Source: a virus (taxonomy: Duplodnaviria > Caudoviricetes). Taken from it: a DNA stretch of 32,066 bases. Position 1 is the stretch's first letter; each line of letters begins with the position of its first letter. The notes below the pieces were generated by a model, which worked only from the letters and a program-made list of their open reading frames with translations, had not been told where the DNA came from and searched no databases. Shown here in pieces: positions 8,262 to 16,648 of this stretch. The DNA lies in the IMG/VR virus record IMGVR_UViG_3300024232_000054, positions 1 to 32,066 of that record; one strand, 5' to 3'. Both the position numbers and the translations under genes were made by a program.

Positions 8262-8708
8262 ATGTCCAAGTTTGGATCGCTCTCCGTCGATACCGCTTCC
8301 AAATCGAAAATGCCTATCATCCTGCCCGGTGAAATCGATCCTGTTCAGGACGAAGCCGGTAAGGAAGGCTATATCGAATTCCTGCCATGGGATTCGGAGC
8401 CGGGCCGCGCCTTTGATCGAAAGCAGAATTCGCAGGCTAGGCGTAACGGTTTTCGCCAGCGCAGCCGTGCAGAGTTGTTGGCTGAAGCCGAGAGCACGGA
8501 TATCGTTGTAGAGCAGGCGGAACGGTTGGCAGCCCTTGCCACCGGATGGCATCTTGTCGGCGCCGACCGTCAAGTGATCGATGTTGAATTCTCCCCTTCC
8601 AATGCGCTTGAACTATTCAAGAGCCCGGAAACCGCTTGGCTGCGTCGTCAGTCATGGGTCTATGTGGCTAACGAAGCAAATTTTATGAAGAACTCGTCGA
8701 AGCCTTAA
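8262..8708 (+). CDS. Tail assembly chaperone (gpG-like)
   Basis: Lies between tube and tape measure. SD AAGGA precedes ATG 8262. Ends with WLRRQ...ANF at a slippery site. Confidence 0.85.
   Translation: MSKFGSLSVDTASKSKMPIILPGEIDPVQDEAGKEGYIEFLPWDSEPGRAFDRKQNSQARRNGFRQRSRAELLAEAESTDIVVEQAERLAALATGWHLVGADRQVIDVEFSPSNALELFKSPETAWLRRQSWVYVANEANFMKNSSKP
8678..8684 (+). other. Programmed -1 ribosomal frameshift slippery heptamer A AAT TTT
   Basis: XXXYYYZ in the correct phase. The -1 frame is open from here through ORF 8798..9082. Confidence 0.85.
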
Positions 8709-9082
8709 TTGTCTTTGCCGAGTTCGAATTCAGGAATGTAAGACGCCAGCCTGACGGGGCTACCGAGGGCGAGCACAAAGAGTCCGCGGCCCGTCAAATG
8801 GCAATGCTGGGCTGGAAAAAAGCCGCCGCCGAAGTCTTGCCCGATACCCCGTCATTTCCTTTTGAGTTGGGCTACCTCTGGTCCTGGTATTGTCAGCACT
8901 CCATGGGACTTGCGATCAACGGCATGGCTCCGGCTGTCGTGACGTGGGAAGGGCTGGCCTCATGGTGCGATTTGATGGGCGTCGATCTTGAGCCTTGGGA
9001 GGCGTTGACCATGATCCGGTTAGGGCATCTCAGGGCAAATATCGAATCCGAGAAGATAGCACAGGCGGCAAAGCAGAAATAG
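8684..9082 (+). CDS. Tail assembly chaperone C-terminal part (gpT-like), expressed as a frameshift fusion
   Basis: The -1 frame reads YEELVEALIVFAEFEF...PDGATEGEH...YLWSWY...L-x-PWE, with no good independent RBS. Confidence 0.8.
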   Translation, partial: YEELVEALIVFAEFEFRNVRRQPDGATEGEHKESAARQMAMLGWKKAAAEVLPDTPSFPFELGYLWSWYCQHSMGLAINGMAPAVVTWEGLASWCDLMGVDLEPWEALTMIRLGHLRANIESEKIAQAAKQK

Positions 9083-9781
9083 ATGGCGCTCACCATCAAG
9101 ATTGATCCGGTCGAGAAGTTTACCGAGGTTGATGTCCGAAACGACATATCGGAGGCAGAGCAAAAGAGATCGGTAGCTGCCTATGTGCAGGCCGGGATTG
9201 ACGAAGCCAAGGCAACCAACCGCAGTGTTCTGGGACGTGTCCCGCCGTTCACGGTAACGGTAGACGGTCGTGAGGGTGCACCGCTTGAAACCGTCGATCC
9301 TGACGGCGGCTCGATCATTGTCGAGTTCGAACTTGTCGGCGATGTCCTGACATGGATCGCGCAGACCTTGCTTGATCGGTCGCCGGTAGTTTCTGGGGAT
9401 TACCGGCATGGGCATACACTTTTCGCAGACGGCGTTGAGGTTGATCCGTTTTCAGTTATTCCTTCGGCAACTCAGTACGTCTTTACGAACGACACACCGT
9501 ATAGTCGCAAGATCGAGATTGGCAAGACGGAAGCGGGCCGTGACTTCGTGATCCAGGTTCCTAACCGGATTTACGAACGCACCGCGGAGGACGCCAAGAG
9601 ACAATTCGGCAACATCGCTAAAATCCGGTTCACCTATCAGCCTTTGATCGGCGGAGCGGTCGGCAAGTGGGCCGCTTCCGCTAGTGCGGGGCGGCTCGCA
9701 AGCCGGCACAAGAGACGAACGAAATCCACGGAATGGCTGACCAATCAGCCCGCCATCATCGTTGAACTGCTCGGGAAATAA
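9083..9781 (+). CDS. HK97 gp10-like tail/neck protein with N-terminal extension
   Basis: SPV-x-SG-x-YR and N-x-x-PY-x-RKIE-x-G motifs. Confidence 0.65.
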   Translation: MALTIKIDPVEKFTEVDVRNDISEAEQKRSVAAYVQAGIDEAKATNRSVLGRVPPFTVTVDGREGAPLETVDPDGGSIIVEFELVGDVLTWIAQTLLDRSPVVSGDYRHGHTLFADGVEVDPFSVIPSATQYVFTNDTPYSRKIEIGKTEAGRDFVIQVPNRIYERTAEDAKRQFGNIAKIRFTYQPLIGGAVGKWAASASAGRLASRHKRRTKSTEWLTNQPAIIVELLGK

Positions 9782-12337
9782 ATGGCAACCATTCAAGACG
9801 CCATCAAGCGGCTGACCTATATGTTCACCTCTACGGGGGCGGACAAGGTTGCGGCTGACTTGGGCAAGGTTGGTGATGCGCAGGCCAAGGTTGCGGCTTC
9901 TGCAGAGACGACTTCAAGGGCGTCACTTTCGCTGGAAAAGTCGTTTGACAATCTTGAGCGACGTTACGTTTCGACTGTCCGGGCGCAACAGGATTTCGAG
10001 AAGGTACAGAACACGGTCAATGCGGCGGTAGCACAAAATCCCGCATTACAGGACCGGGCCAACGTGGTGCTGGACGCTGCCAGAGAAAAATTCGATGCTG
10101 CCAAGGGCTCCGCTACCGGCTTCAATGCAATCCTTGAAGCAGGCCGTGGCGCGGCGCTGGGCTACGCTGCCGGGATCGGACCTATAGGTGCCCTGTTAGG
10201 TTCATTCGGGCCGTGGGGCATCGCCGCTGCGGCGGGGATCGGGCTTGTATCGGCGGCGTTCGAGGCGGCCTCCGAAAGCGCCAAGAAGTTCGGCGAACAA
10301 TCGTTGCAGATCAGAAGTTTTGCGGATGCAACCGGAATAACGACAACAGAGGTGCGCGGACTTGCCGAGGCGGGCGCGAAAGCCGGCCTAGGTGCCGACA
10401 CAATGAAAACCGCCTTTGAGCGGTTGACCGCCAATCTGGCAGAAACCAGGACAAAGACCGGCGTCCTGTTCGACTCAATTCAGGCTATCAATCCCGCGCT
10501 GGCAAATGAGATTGCAAACACCCGCAGCGGTGCCGAAGCATGGGATTTACTGGCCAAGGCTATCTCAAGTACCGCAGATGCGACGCTTAAAGCGCAAATC
10601 GCCAAGGCGGCCTTTGGCAGGGGCGGCGTAGAGCTTATTCCGGCACTATCCCAAACCAACGCAGCGGGAGGTATCAAGGAATACTCCGATGAGGTTCAGC
10701 GTGCGACCGGGATCACGGATCAATTAACCCGGTCCACGGCGAGTCAACTTGCCGTGATCGAGTCTCTTAAAAGAGATACCGCTGATATCTGGGCATCTAT
10801 TTATTCGGACGACGTATTGCGTCGGATGAGGATTGCGGCCGAATTTCAAAATCAGATCGCCAAGTCTGCGAAAGAAGCCGCAGGTATGCCGGGTGGTGTG
10901 ACGGCGCAATGGCAAAATCCATTCATTCAGGAAACCAATCGCAGCGCCGGCATTGGACCTGCTGCACCAATACCGCAGGGCGCAGGTGGTTCCGGTATTA
11001 CCGCTGATACGTCTGCGATTACTGCCCAAATGGCAGCCATTAACGCACAAGCTGCGGCTGTTGCTAACTTGGCAAAAGCAAATCAAGACTCGGCATCTGC
11101 ATGGCAGGGAGTCGCCAACGATTCGGCCAAGATGATTACGTTACTTGGAGGCGCCGCGACCGGAGAAGAAATTTATGAAGCAAGGGTTCAGGCGCTTACC
11201 GCCGCATTTTATCAAAATAAATTCGGAGCGATCGACAGCGCGGACGCAATTGAAAAATACAACCGCGCCCTTCATGGCGATACGGACAAGCAGGTTGCCG
11301 CACTTGAGGATCAGCTAAAGATCGTACAAGCCACAACTGAGCAGCAGAAATTATCGGCCCAACGTCGCAAAGATTACAATGATGCCGTTCGGTCCGGTAA
11401 ATCCGACGAAGATGCGTCGGCAATAGCGACTGCTAAGAGCGCGATATCAATAGCGGAGGCTGCGAAGTCCTCCCTTGAATGGCAGCAGAACATGCTGGGC
11501 GTTAGCAAGGCCACACAGCAGGCCGCAGATGCTGCTCAGCAAGCCGCGATAGCCTTTGAGAATGCGGCCCGCGCTGCGCAGGGTGTTGACCTTGGCAGAG
11601 GCGGCGACTTTGGAGATTTCAGTGTTCCGAAGGGTGCCGGATCTACATCAGTCGTTCCACTAGGAACCAGCGTCGTTAACCGGCAGGGCGGCACAGGAAT
11701 GCGGTTAGATGATGGTAGTAGGGCTGCTTTGTATGCGTCGTGGCGTGCGCCACAGACGCCAGACGCAGCTCTTGCAAGCGGCGGAATAGATGCGGCTATT
11801 AGAGCTGCAAGATATGCTCGTCCTGCCGATCTAAGTTCGATTGGATCGCTCTATGATCTCAAAAATGCGCAGACCACTGATAAGGGCGTGCAGATATCAA
11901 ATCTGCAACAAGAAATAGCCCTGCTTAACACGTTGCCGGAAACCATAGCCCGCGATCAGCAGATCGTAAGTCTGATGAACTCGATAAACCAGTTGAAACA
12001 TGCCACCGATGCCAACACGGCGGCAACGGCTGCGACGCTTAATCCGCTCTATTCGCAAGGCCACGGTGCGCTGTCGATTGGGTATTTCAAGGCGGCGCGC
12101 GGTTTGGACATGATAGCTCAGGGGCCGTCGAGTGGCGATCAAATCCCATTCCGTGCGATGGTGAACGGCGGCGAGCGTATTCGGATAGGAGATGCCAGCA
12201 ACGATAATTCTGGCTCGCGCACTGTCGTCAATAATAACAGCTTCGTGTTCAACAATACATCAACCAGCAATGCGCGTCGAAATCAACGCCAGTTTGCGCA
12301 GAGTCTTGGTACGACAGCTCACGCAATGAGCCGATAG
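9782..12337 (+). CDS. Tail tape measure protein
   Basis: 851 aa, Ala-rich and helical, with a hydrophobic GPWGIAAAAG segment and C-terminal GPSSGDQIP...NGGERI motif. Follows the chaperones. Confidence 0.9.
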   Translation: MATIQDAIKRLTYMFTSTGADKVAADLGKVGDAQAKVAASAETTSRASLSLEKSFDNLERRYVSTVRAQQDFEKVQNTVNAAVAQNPALQDRANVVLDAAREKFDAAKGSATGFNAILEAGRGAALGYAAGIGPIGALLGSFGPWGIAAAAGIGLVSAAFEAASESAKKFGEQSLQIRSFADATGITTTEVRGLAEAGAKAGLGADTMKTAFERLTANLAETRTKTGVLFDSIQAINPALANEIANTRSGAEAWDLLAKAISSTADATLKAQIAKAAFGRGGVELIPALSQTNAAGGIKEYSDEVQRATGITDQLTRSTASQLAVIESLKRDTADIWASIYSDDVLRRMRIAAEFQNQIAKSAKEAAGMPGGVTAQWQNPFIQETNRSAGIGPAAPIPQGAGGSGITADTSAITAQMAAINAQAAAVANLAKANQDSASAWQGVANDSAKMITLLGGAATGEEIYEARVQALTAAFYQNKFGAIDSADAIEKYNRALHGDTDKQVAALEDQLKIVQATTEQQKLSAQRRKDYNDAVRSGKSDEDASAIATAKSAISIAEAAKSSLEWQQNMLGVSKATQQAADAAQQAAIAFENAARAAQGVDLGRGGDFGDFSVPKGAGSTSVVPLGTSVVNRQGGTGMRLDDGSRAALYASWRAPQTPDAALASGGIDAAIRAARYARPADLSSIGSLYDLKNAQTTDKGVQISNLQQEIALLNTLPETIARDQQIVSLMNSINQLKHATDANTAATAATLNPLYSQGHGALSIGYFKAARGLDMIAQGPSSGDQIPFRAMVNGGERIRIGDASNDNSGSRTVVNNNSFVFNNTSTSNARRNQRQFAQSLGTTAHAMSR

Positions 12338-12338
12338 C

Positions 12339-13004
12339 ATGGTCGCATCGTCTATTACGATTGATGCTGTCTATCTGGATGGCAGGCGTAGCAGTGTGTT
12401 GGGCGGCGCCGTAAGCACGCTTGAAGATAATACCATTGTCGTCACATCGGATGATGGTCTGGTTACGACAAACGAGCGATGGGATCGTTGCAAACAGCTT
12501 TGGCAATTAAGCTGGAGTACGGCGTCAACCAATGTCGAGGCGCTGTATAAGGTAAACCGCACCTCGCGCGGGTTTCTCTTTATCTCCCCAAGGGATTCAG
12601 AACGGGACCATACTGGACAACTTCTTAGAAATACAGTCACCGGACTTAACCTGGGGGACGGATCGACAACGACATTCCAGCTTCAGGTTATCGATTCGAC
12701 AACCGCGCATTCGGTCGTGCGGGACGTGAACTATCCTCTGTCAGGATCGCAAACTGACATTGCCGGAAACGCATTCACGTCAACGGTCACGGCCTACAAG
12801 AACGGGGTGAGCGCCACGCTGTTCTCGGTCAACCTGACAACCGGCGTGGTGACGTTCAGCACAGCGCCGGGTACTGGCGTGGTGCCAACAGCGGATTTCA
12901 GCGAGGCAAGGCCGGTCATGTTCACGTCAAAGACTATCAGCACGACATGGCTTGAGACAGATCATGTGGAAGTTCGATCCGGGCAGATCGAAGAAATCTT
13001 CTAG
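12339..13004 (+). CDS. Distal tail protein (DUF2460 / GTA-like Dit)
   Basis: N-x-RW, G-x-GDGSTTTFQL and V-x-x-TTGVVTF-x-TAP-x-x-G-x-x-x-TA-x-F...PV-x-F motifs. Confidence 0.85.
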   Translation: MVASSITIDAVYLDGRRSSVLGGAVSTLEDNTIVVTSDDGLVTTNERWDRCKQLWQLSWSTASTNVEALYKVNRTSRGFLFISPRDSERDHTGQLLRNTVTGLNLGDGSTTTFQLQVIDSTTAHSVVRDVNYPLSGSQTDIAGNAFTSTVTAYKNGVSATLFSVNLTTGVVTFSTAPGTGVVPTADFSEARPVMFTSKTISTTWLETDHVEVRSGQIEEIF

Positions 13005-13006
13005 CC

Positions 13007-14176
13007 GTGCGGACGTTTTCCTTCAGCCTTGTAAACGCGAGGCTGCACCACCTTGTGACAATCACGCGCGCTGACGAAACCATTATCCGTGTCACCACAT
13101 ATCACAAGCCGATCACTATCAGTGCCGTAACCTGGAATCCGGTCTCCGCTCTGGAGATTGGGGACATGACAAATACCAACAACGGAACGCTCTCTAATCT
13201 GTCAATCAAGGTAGGAACGCAGACCAACGGCACGTTCGATCCGTACGAGATTGATCTTCAGCTATTCAAGGATGCGCATGTCCTGATCGAGTTTACCAAT
13301 GCTGCTAATTCAGTCTCTAAGGAATTTGAGTTCGAAGGCAAGATGAACGGCAACGTCGATTATGATCTAGTCGGCAACGTCTCGTTTGAAGTCTTGAATC
13401 TGTACGGCACGCCTCGGGATATTTTTGTTCGTAAATATACGATTGAGGATCAGGTAGATTTCGGCGACCCTCGCCGTTCCAAGATACCGACATTCCCAAG
13501 CATAGATGCGACTACCGACGACTTGCACGATGTTGCAAGGCTTGAATTTCTCTTAGTAGGCGATCGCAGGCGGTTCAGGTTTGCCGGGGCCGGTAACCCA
13601 TCCGACTATCACAATGTCTATCTTGAGGTGACTGTCCCAGGAACGACGGGAGCCGGAGCCCCAACAATATCTGACACTGTAGGGGCAACATCAACTGATG
13701 GCGGAGTGACGTTCACAACCAGAAACGCCTATGCGCGGGCGTTCCAAGTTGCATCGCTAATTGATACCAGGCACATCACGATCACCGTCACAGAGCCGCG
13801 CAAAACTGACCCGACATGGTATGCGCCGGGCCGGCTTATCATGCGCTCCGGGTTCTGCAAAAACCGTGTTTCGGTAATCGATGCGTGGGACGGTGTAAGC
13901 CAGATCGAATTGGTCGAGCCGTTTGGAAATCTTCTAACGGTTGGCGATTGGGGAGAGATCGCGCCGGACTATGACCAGACGCTTGCAATGACAGTAGCCA
14001 AATATGCCAACCCCAACAACTATCGCGGCTTCCCTTACGGGAGCGGTGTAAGGATAGCATCCTCCACGTTCATACCTGGGGTAACGGTAGAGAACCCACC
14101 TGATGGAACGAGCGGTGGTGGTGGTGGTGAAACCTATACACCGTTCGCCGTGGAGTTCGCAGAAGGCGCAAGCTGA
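13007..14176 (+). CDS. Baseplate hub protein (DUF2163/BR0599-like)
   Basis: ITRAD-x-x-x-x-R-x-TT N-terminus, FGD-x-R, and C-terminal K-Y-x-N-x-x-NYRGFP. Follows Dit. Confidence 0.82.
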   Translation: MRTFSFSLVNARLHHLVTITRADETIIRVTTYHKPITISAVTWNPVSALEIGDMTNTNNGTLSNLSIKVGTQTNGTFDPYEIDLQLFKDAHVLIEFTNAANSVSKEFEFEGKMNGNVDYDLVGNVSFEVLNLYGTPRDIFVRKYTIEDQVDFGDPRRSKIPTFPSIDATTDDLHDVARLEFLLVGDRRRFRFAGAGNPSDYHNVYLEVTVPGTTGAGAPTISDTVGATSTDGGVTFTTRNAYARAFQVASLIDTRHITITVTEPRKTDPTWYAPGRLIMRSGFCKNRVSVIDAWDGVSQIELVEPFGNLLTVGDWGEIAPDYDQTLAMTVAKYANPNNYRGFPYGSGVRIASSTFIPGVTVENPPDGTSGGGGGETYTPFAVEFAEGAS

Positions 14177-15825
14177 TGGCGTGGGATGACCTTTCGCTTT
14201 CAGATCAAATAGCTGCAGTTGCCATGGCGAGGGGATTTCAGCCCGTCGCTCCGGCACTAACGGAATCCGCTAAAACTATCGTCACGGGAACGCAGACCGA
14301 TTTCTCCGTTCAACTTATCGGCAAGGATATGCCGGTCTTTGTCGGCGGAGAGGGATTATTTGGTCATAGGATTTATGAGGGCCCGTATTTCTATACGATC
14401 GATGGTGTTGTCTTATGCGATATGATCGTTGGTTTTGCTGCCGTTGCTACACCAACGGCAGCACGGATAATCAATTATTTGAACTTGAACGGGACCACAT
14501 CCATAACATCACCAGATGGTGGGGCGACGTGGATTCCGGTCGGTTCGGTCTTTGCAGGCGTTGAAGTCAGCGTTCTTCCCGGCAGTGAAACTCAGACGCC
14601 TTTTGCGGAGAGCGTCGCTAGGTTTGGAGCGTCGGCTGTACCATATCGTTCACACCCGCTCATCAATATAAGAAAGATACCACTAGACCCCTTTAATAAT
14701 GTGGTGCCGTTTGTTTCTGGTTTCTGGCATGAGGCGTATAGCATTACCAGGAACGATGCGATTGTCGCCTCTGCCAAGTATGCGAGATATGACGATTCCG
14801 AAATAGAGGCTACTGTCAGCGGTGTAGACAAGTTCTGGATATGGCCGCAGCAGACCGACTTTATTGGCGGACTACAGCAATTCCAGAAGATATTACGCAA
14901 CTGGAATATTACTACAACCGATAAGCTCAGGGTTTTCGAGAATAATTCATCTGATGGCATCGATGCGGTTCTGACGCGCTCCAATATCGTTGCTGACTCA
15001 ATCAAGCTAACTGAGATCGACCCGCTATCGTTACCGCGCCAGCGCTGGCTCAGCTTTATCAATTCAGACAAAGACAATGAGTGGGATACCGTACCTGCGA
15101 CACGGGAGAGATTCCCTGTCCCACTGACGGCATCGCAGGGCAGCGAGACAATCGAACTGCCGATCTGCATGACGACAGCGCAGGCGTCTGCTCTGGTTAA
15201 CAAGTCTCTGCTGATTGATGACATCGCCAGAACGCGGTTCGCTTGTACGGTAAATAATACCCTCTACGGTATTGAGTGCGGCGATATCGTTACTTTCGAT
15301 GACGATCCAAGCATCAGCTTTTTAGGGCGAGTGATTTCGACAGCGCGAAAGACCGCAGATTTTACGGTCGATATTGTCTGCGAGAAGATTGATTATTTCA
15401 CATTCAACAGACGCCCAGTCATCACCTCTAATGGCGGAGGTGCAACGGCTACCGTTGGTATTAATGAGGGAATGACTGTCGTAACGACAGTTACTGCGAC
15501 CGATGCCAACTCGGATGTTCTTACCTATTCGATCATTGGTGGTGCTGACGCCGCATTGTTCACGATCAACGCATTGACTGGAGTTCTATCGTTCACCAAC
15601 CCGCCTGTCTTCAGTGCGCCGCTCGATGTTGGCGCGGACAATAGTTACGAAGTGGTAGTTCAAGTATCTGATGGAGCTTTGGTTGATACCCAGTCCATCA
15701 TAGTTATCGTCGGTGCCACCGACCAAACCGGATCGCCAATTGGGTTGCTGTTAGCTCTTACCAAAAATGACGCCCCGCACGGATCGCCAATGGGGCTGCT
15801 GCTGTCTATTACCAAGGAGATATAA
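14176..15825 (+). CDS. Tail tip / central fibre protein (Phage-tail_3-like) with C-terminal cadherin domain
   Basis: G-x-ETQ-x-P...VPYR, LPRQ-x-x-LSF, IELP-x-x-M and GD-x-V-x-F motifs, followed by a cadherin repeat. Confidence 0.82.
   Translation: MAWDDLSLSDQIAAVAMARGFQPVAPALTESAKTIVTGTQTDFSVQLIGKDMPVFVGGEGLFGHRIYEGPYFYTIDGVVLCDMIVGFAAVATPTAARIINYLNLNGTTSITSPDGGATWIPVGSVFAGVEVSVLPGSETQTPFAESVARFGASAVPYRSHPLINIRKIPLDPFNNVVPFVSGFWHEAYSITRNDAIVASAKYARYDDSEIEATVSGVDKFWIWPQQTDFIGGLQQFQKILRNWNITTTDKLRVFENNSSDGIDAVLTRSNIVADSIKLTEIDPLSLPRQRWLSFINSDKDNEWDTVPATRERFPVPLTASQGSETIELPICMTTAQASALVNKSLLIDDIARTRFACTVNNTLYGIECGDIVTFDDDPSISFLGRVISTARKTADFTVDIVCEKIDYFTFNRRPVITSNGGGATATVGINEGMTVVTTVTATDANSDVLTYSIIGGADAALFTINALTGVLSFTNPPVFSAPLDVGADNSYEVVVQVSDGALVDTQSIIVIVGATDQTGSPIGLLLALTKNDAPHGSPMGLLLSITKEI
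15412..15714 (+). other. Bacterial cadherin (CHDL/Cadherin-type) domain inside the tail tip protein
   Basis: PVITSNGGGATA-x-V-x-INE...VTTVTATDA...LTYSI-x-GGADAALF-x-IN-x-x-TGVLSF...P-x-D-x-GADN-x-YEVVVQVSDG-x-x-x-DTQ-x-I, the classic repeat of proteobacterial RTX/adhesin proteins. Confidence 0.88.
15730..15816 (+). repeat. Duplicated 12-aa C-terminal motif GSP[IM]GLLL[AS][LI]TK
   Basis: ggatcgccaattgggttgctgttagctcttaccaaa and ggatcgccaatggggctgctgctgtctattaccaag, 51 nt apart. Confidence 0.9.
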
Positions 15826-15827
15826 AA

Positions 15828-16646
15828 GTGGCTGACAACATCGCCGTAACGCCGGGAACCGGGACAACGATTGCCGCAGACGACATTGGGGCTGGCGTCC
15901 TTGCTCAACGTGTCAAACCAGTATGGGGACCGGACGGTACTGGAAATGACGTTGATACGGCAAGCGGCAAACCTCTCCCTGTTCAACTTCGATCATCGAC
16001 CGGCATAGATTTTGTCAAGGCAGAGGATGCGGCAAGTGCAAGCGGTGATTTTGGTGTCCCAGTTCTTGTCGTACAGAAAGCATCTCCGGCAGACAGTGCG
16101 GGTACGGATTTAGATTATTCTCCGCCACAAATGTCGGGCGGCCGGTTGTGGGCCTCAGCGCAGGTTTATGGCGATACGGCATCCGGTGCAACTGACGCCG
16201 GCAACCCAGTCAAAACCGGAGGACTTGCCAAGACGGCAAACCCAACAGCCGTCACAGACGGACAGCGCGTAGCTTCTCTCTTCGACAAACTAGGAAAGCA
16301 AGTCGTTGTTGGTGCAATCCGCGACCTCAAGGGGATGCAATCCACCACGATAACGTCATCCACAGCGGAAACAACAATTGTGACCGCAGTTGCCTCGACC
16401 TTTCTCGATCTTTACGGGCTCGTCATCACCAACACGTCTGCAACGGTTACGAAGGTCACAATCAAGGATTCGACGGCTGGAACAACGCGCGCCGTGTTTG
16501 AAATTCCAGCAACAGATACGAGGGGGTTCATGCTTCCAGTTGATAGTGCATTGCCACAGGCGGCCGTAAACACGGCATGGACGGCCACGTGTGGAACGTC
16601 GGTGGCGTCTGTCGAAATCGCCGCATATTATGTGAAGAATATCTAG
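15828..16646 (+). CDS. Putative tail fibre / fibre adaptor protein
   Basis: 272 aa, SD AAGGAG, modular segments (MADNIAVTPGTG..., AEDAASASGD..., NPVKTGG-x-A-x-TANPTAV-x-DGQRV) and a C-terminal beta domain. Confidence 0.65.
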   Translation: MADNIAVTPGTGTTIAADDIGAGVLAQRVKPVWGPDGTGNDVDTASGKPLPVQLRSSTGIDFVKAEDAASASGDFGVPVLVVQKASPADSAGTDLDYSPPQMSGGRLWASAQVYGDTASGATDAGNPVKTGGLAKTANPTAVTDGQRVASLFDKLGKQVVVGAIRDLKGMQSTTITSSTAETTIVTAVASTFLDLYGLVITNTSATVTKVTIKDSTAGTTRAVFEIPATDTRGFMLPVDSALPQAAVNTAWTATCGTSVASVEIAAYYVKNI

Positions 16647-16648
16647 CC

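Noticed and set aside
14592-15224. 210-aa minus-strand ORF in the tail tip gene
   Set aside because: Ser-rich mirror-frame product with no independent signals.
12339-15825. Gene transfer agent cluster
   Set aside because: The tip genes are GTA-like, but integrase, excisionase, a long tape measure, a homing endonuclease and an early accessory operon indicate a genuine temperate phage.
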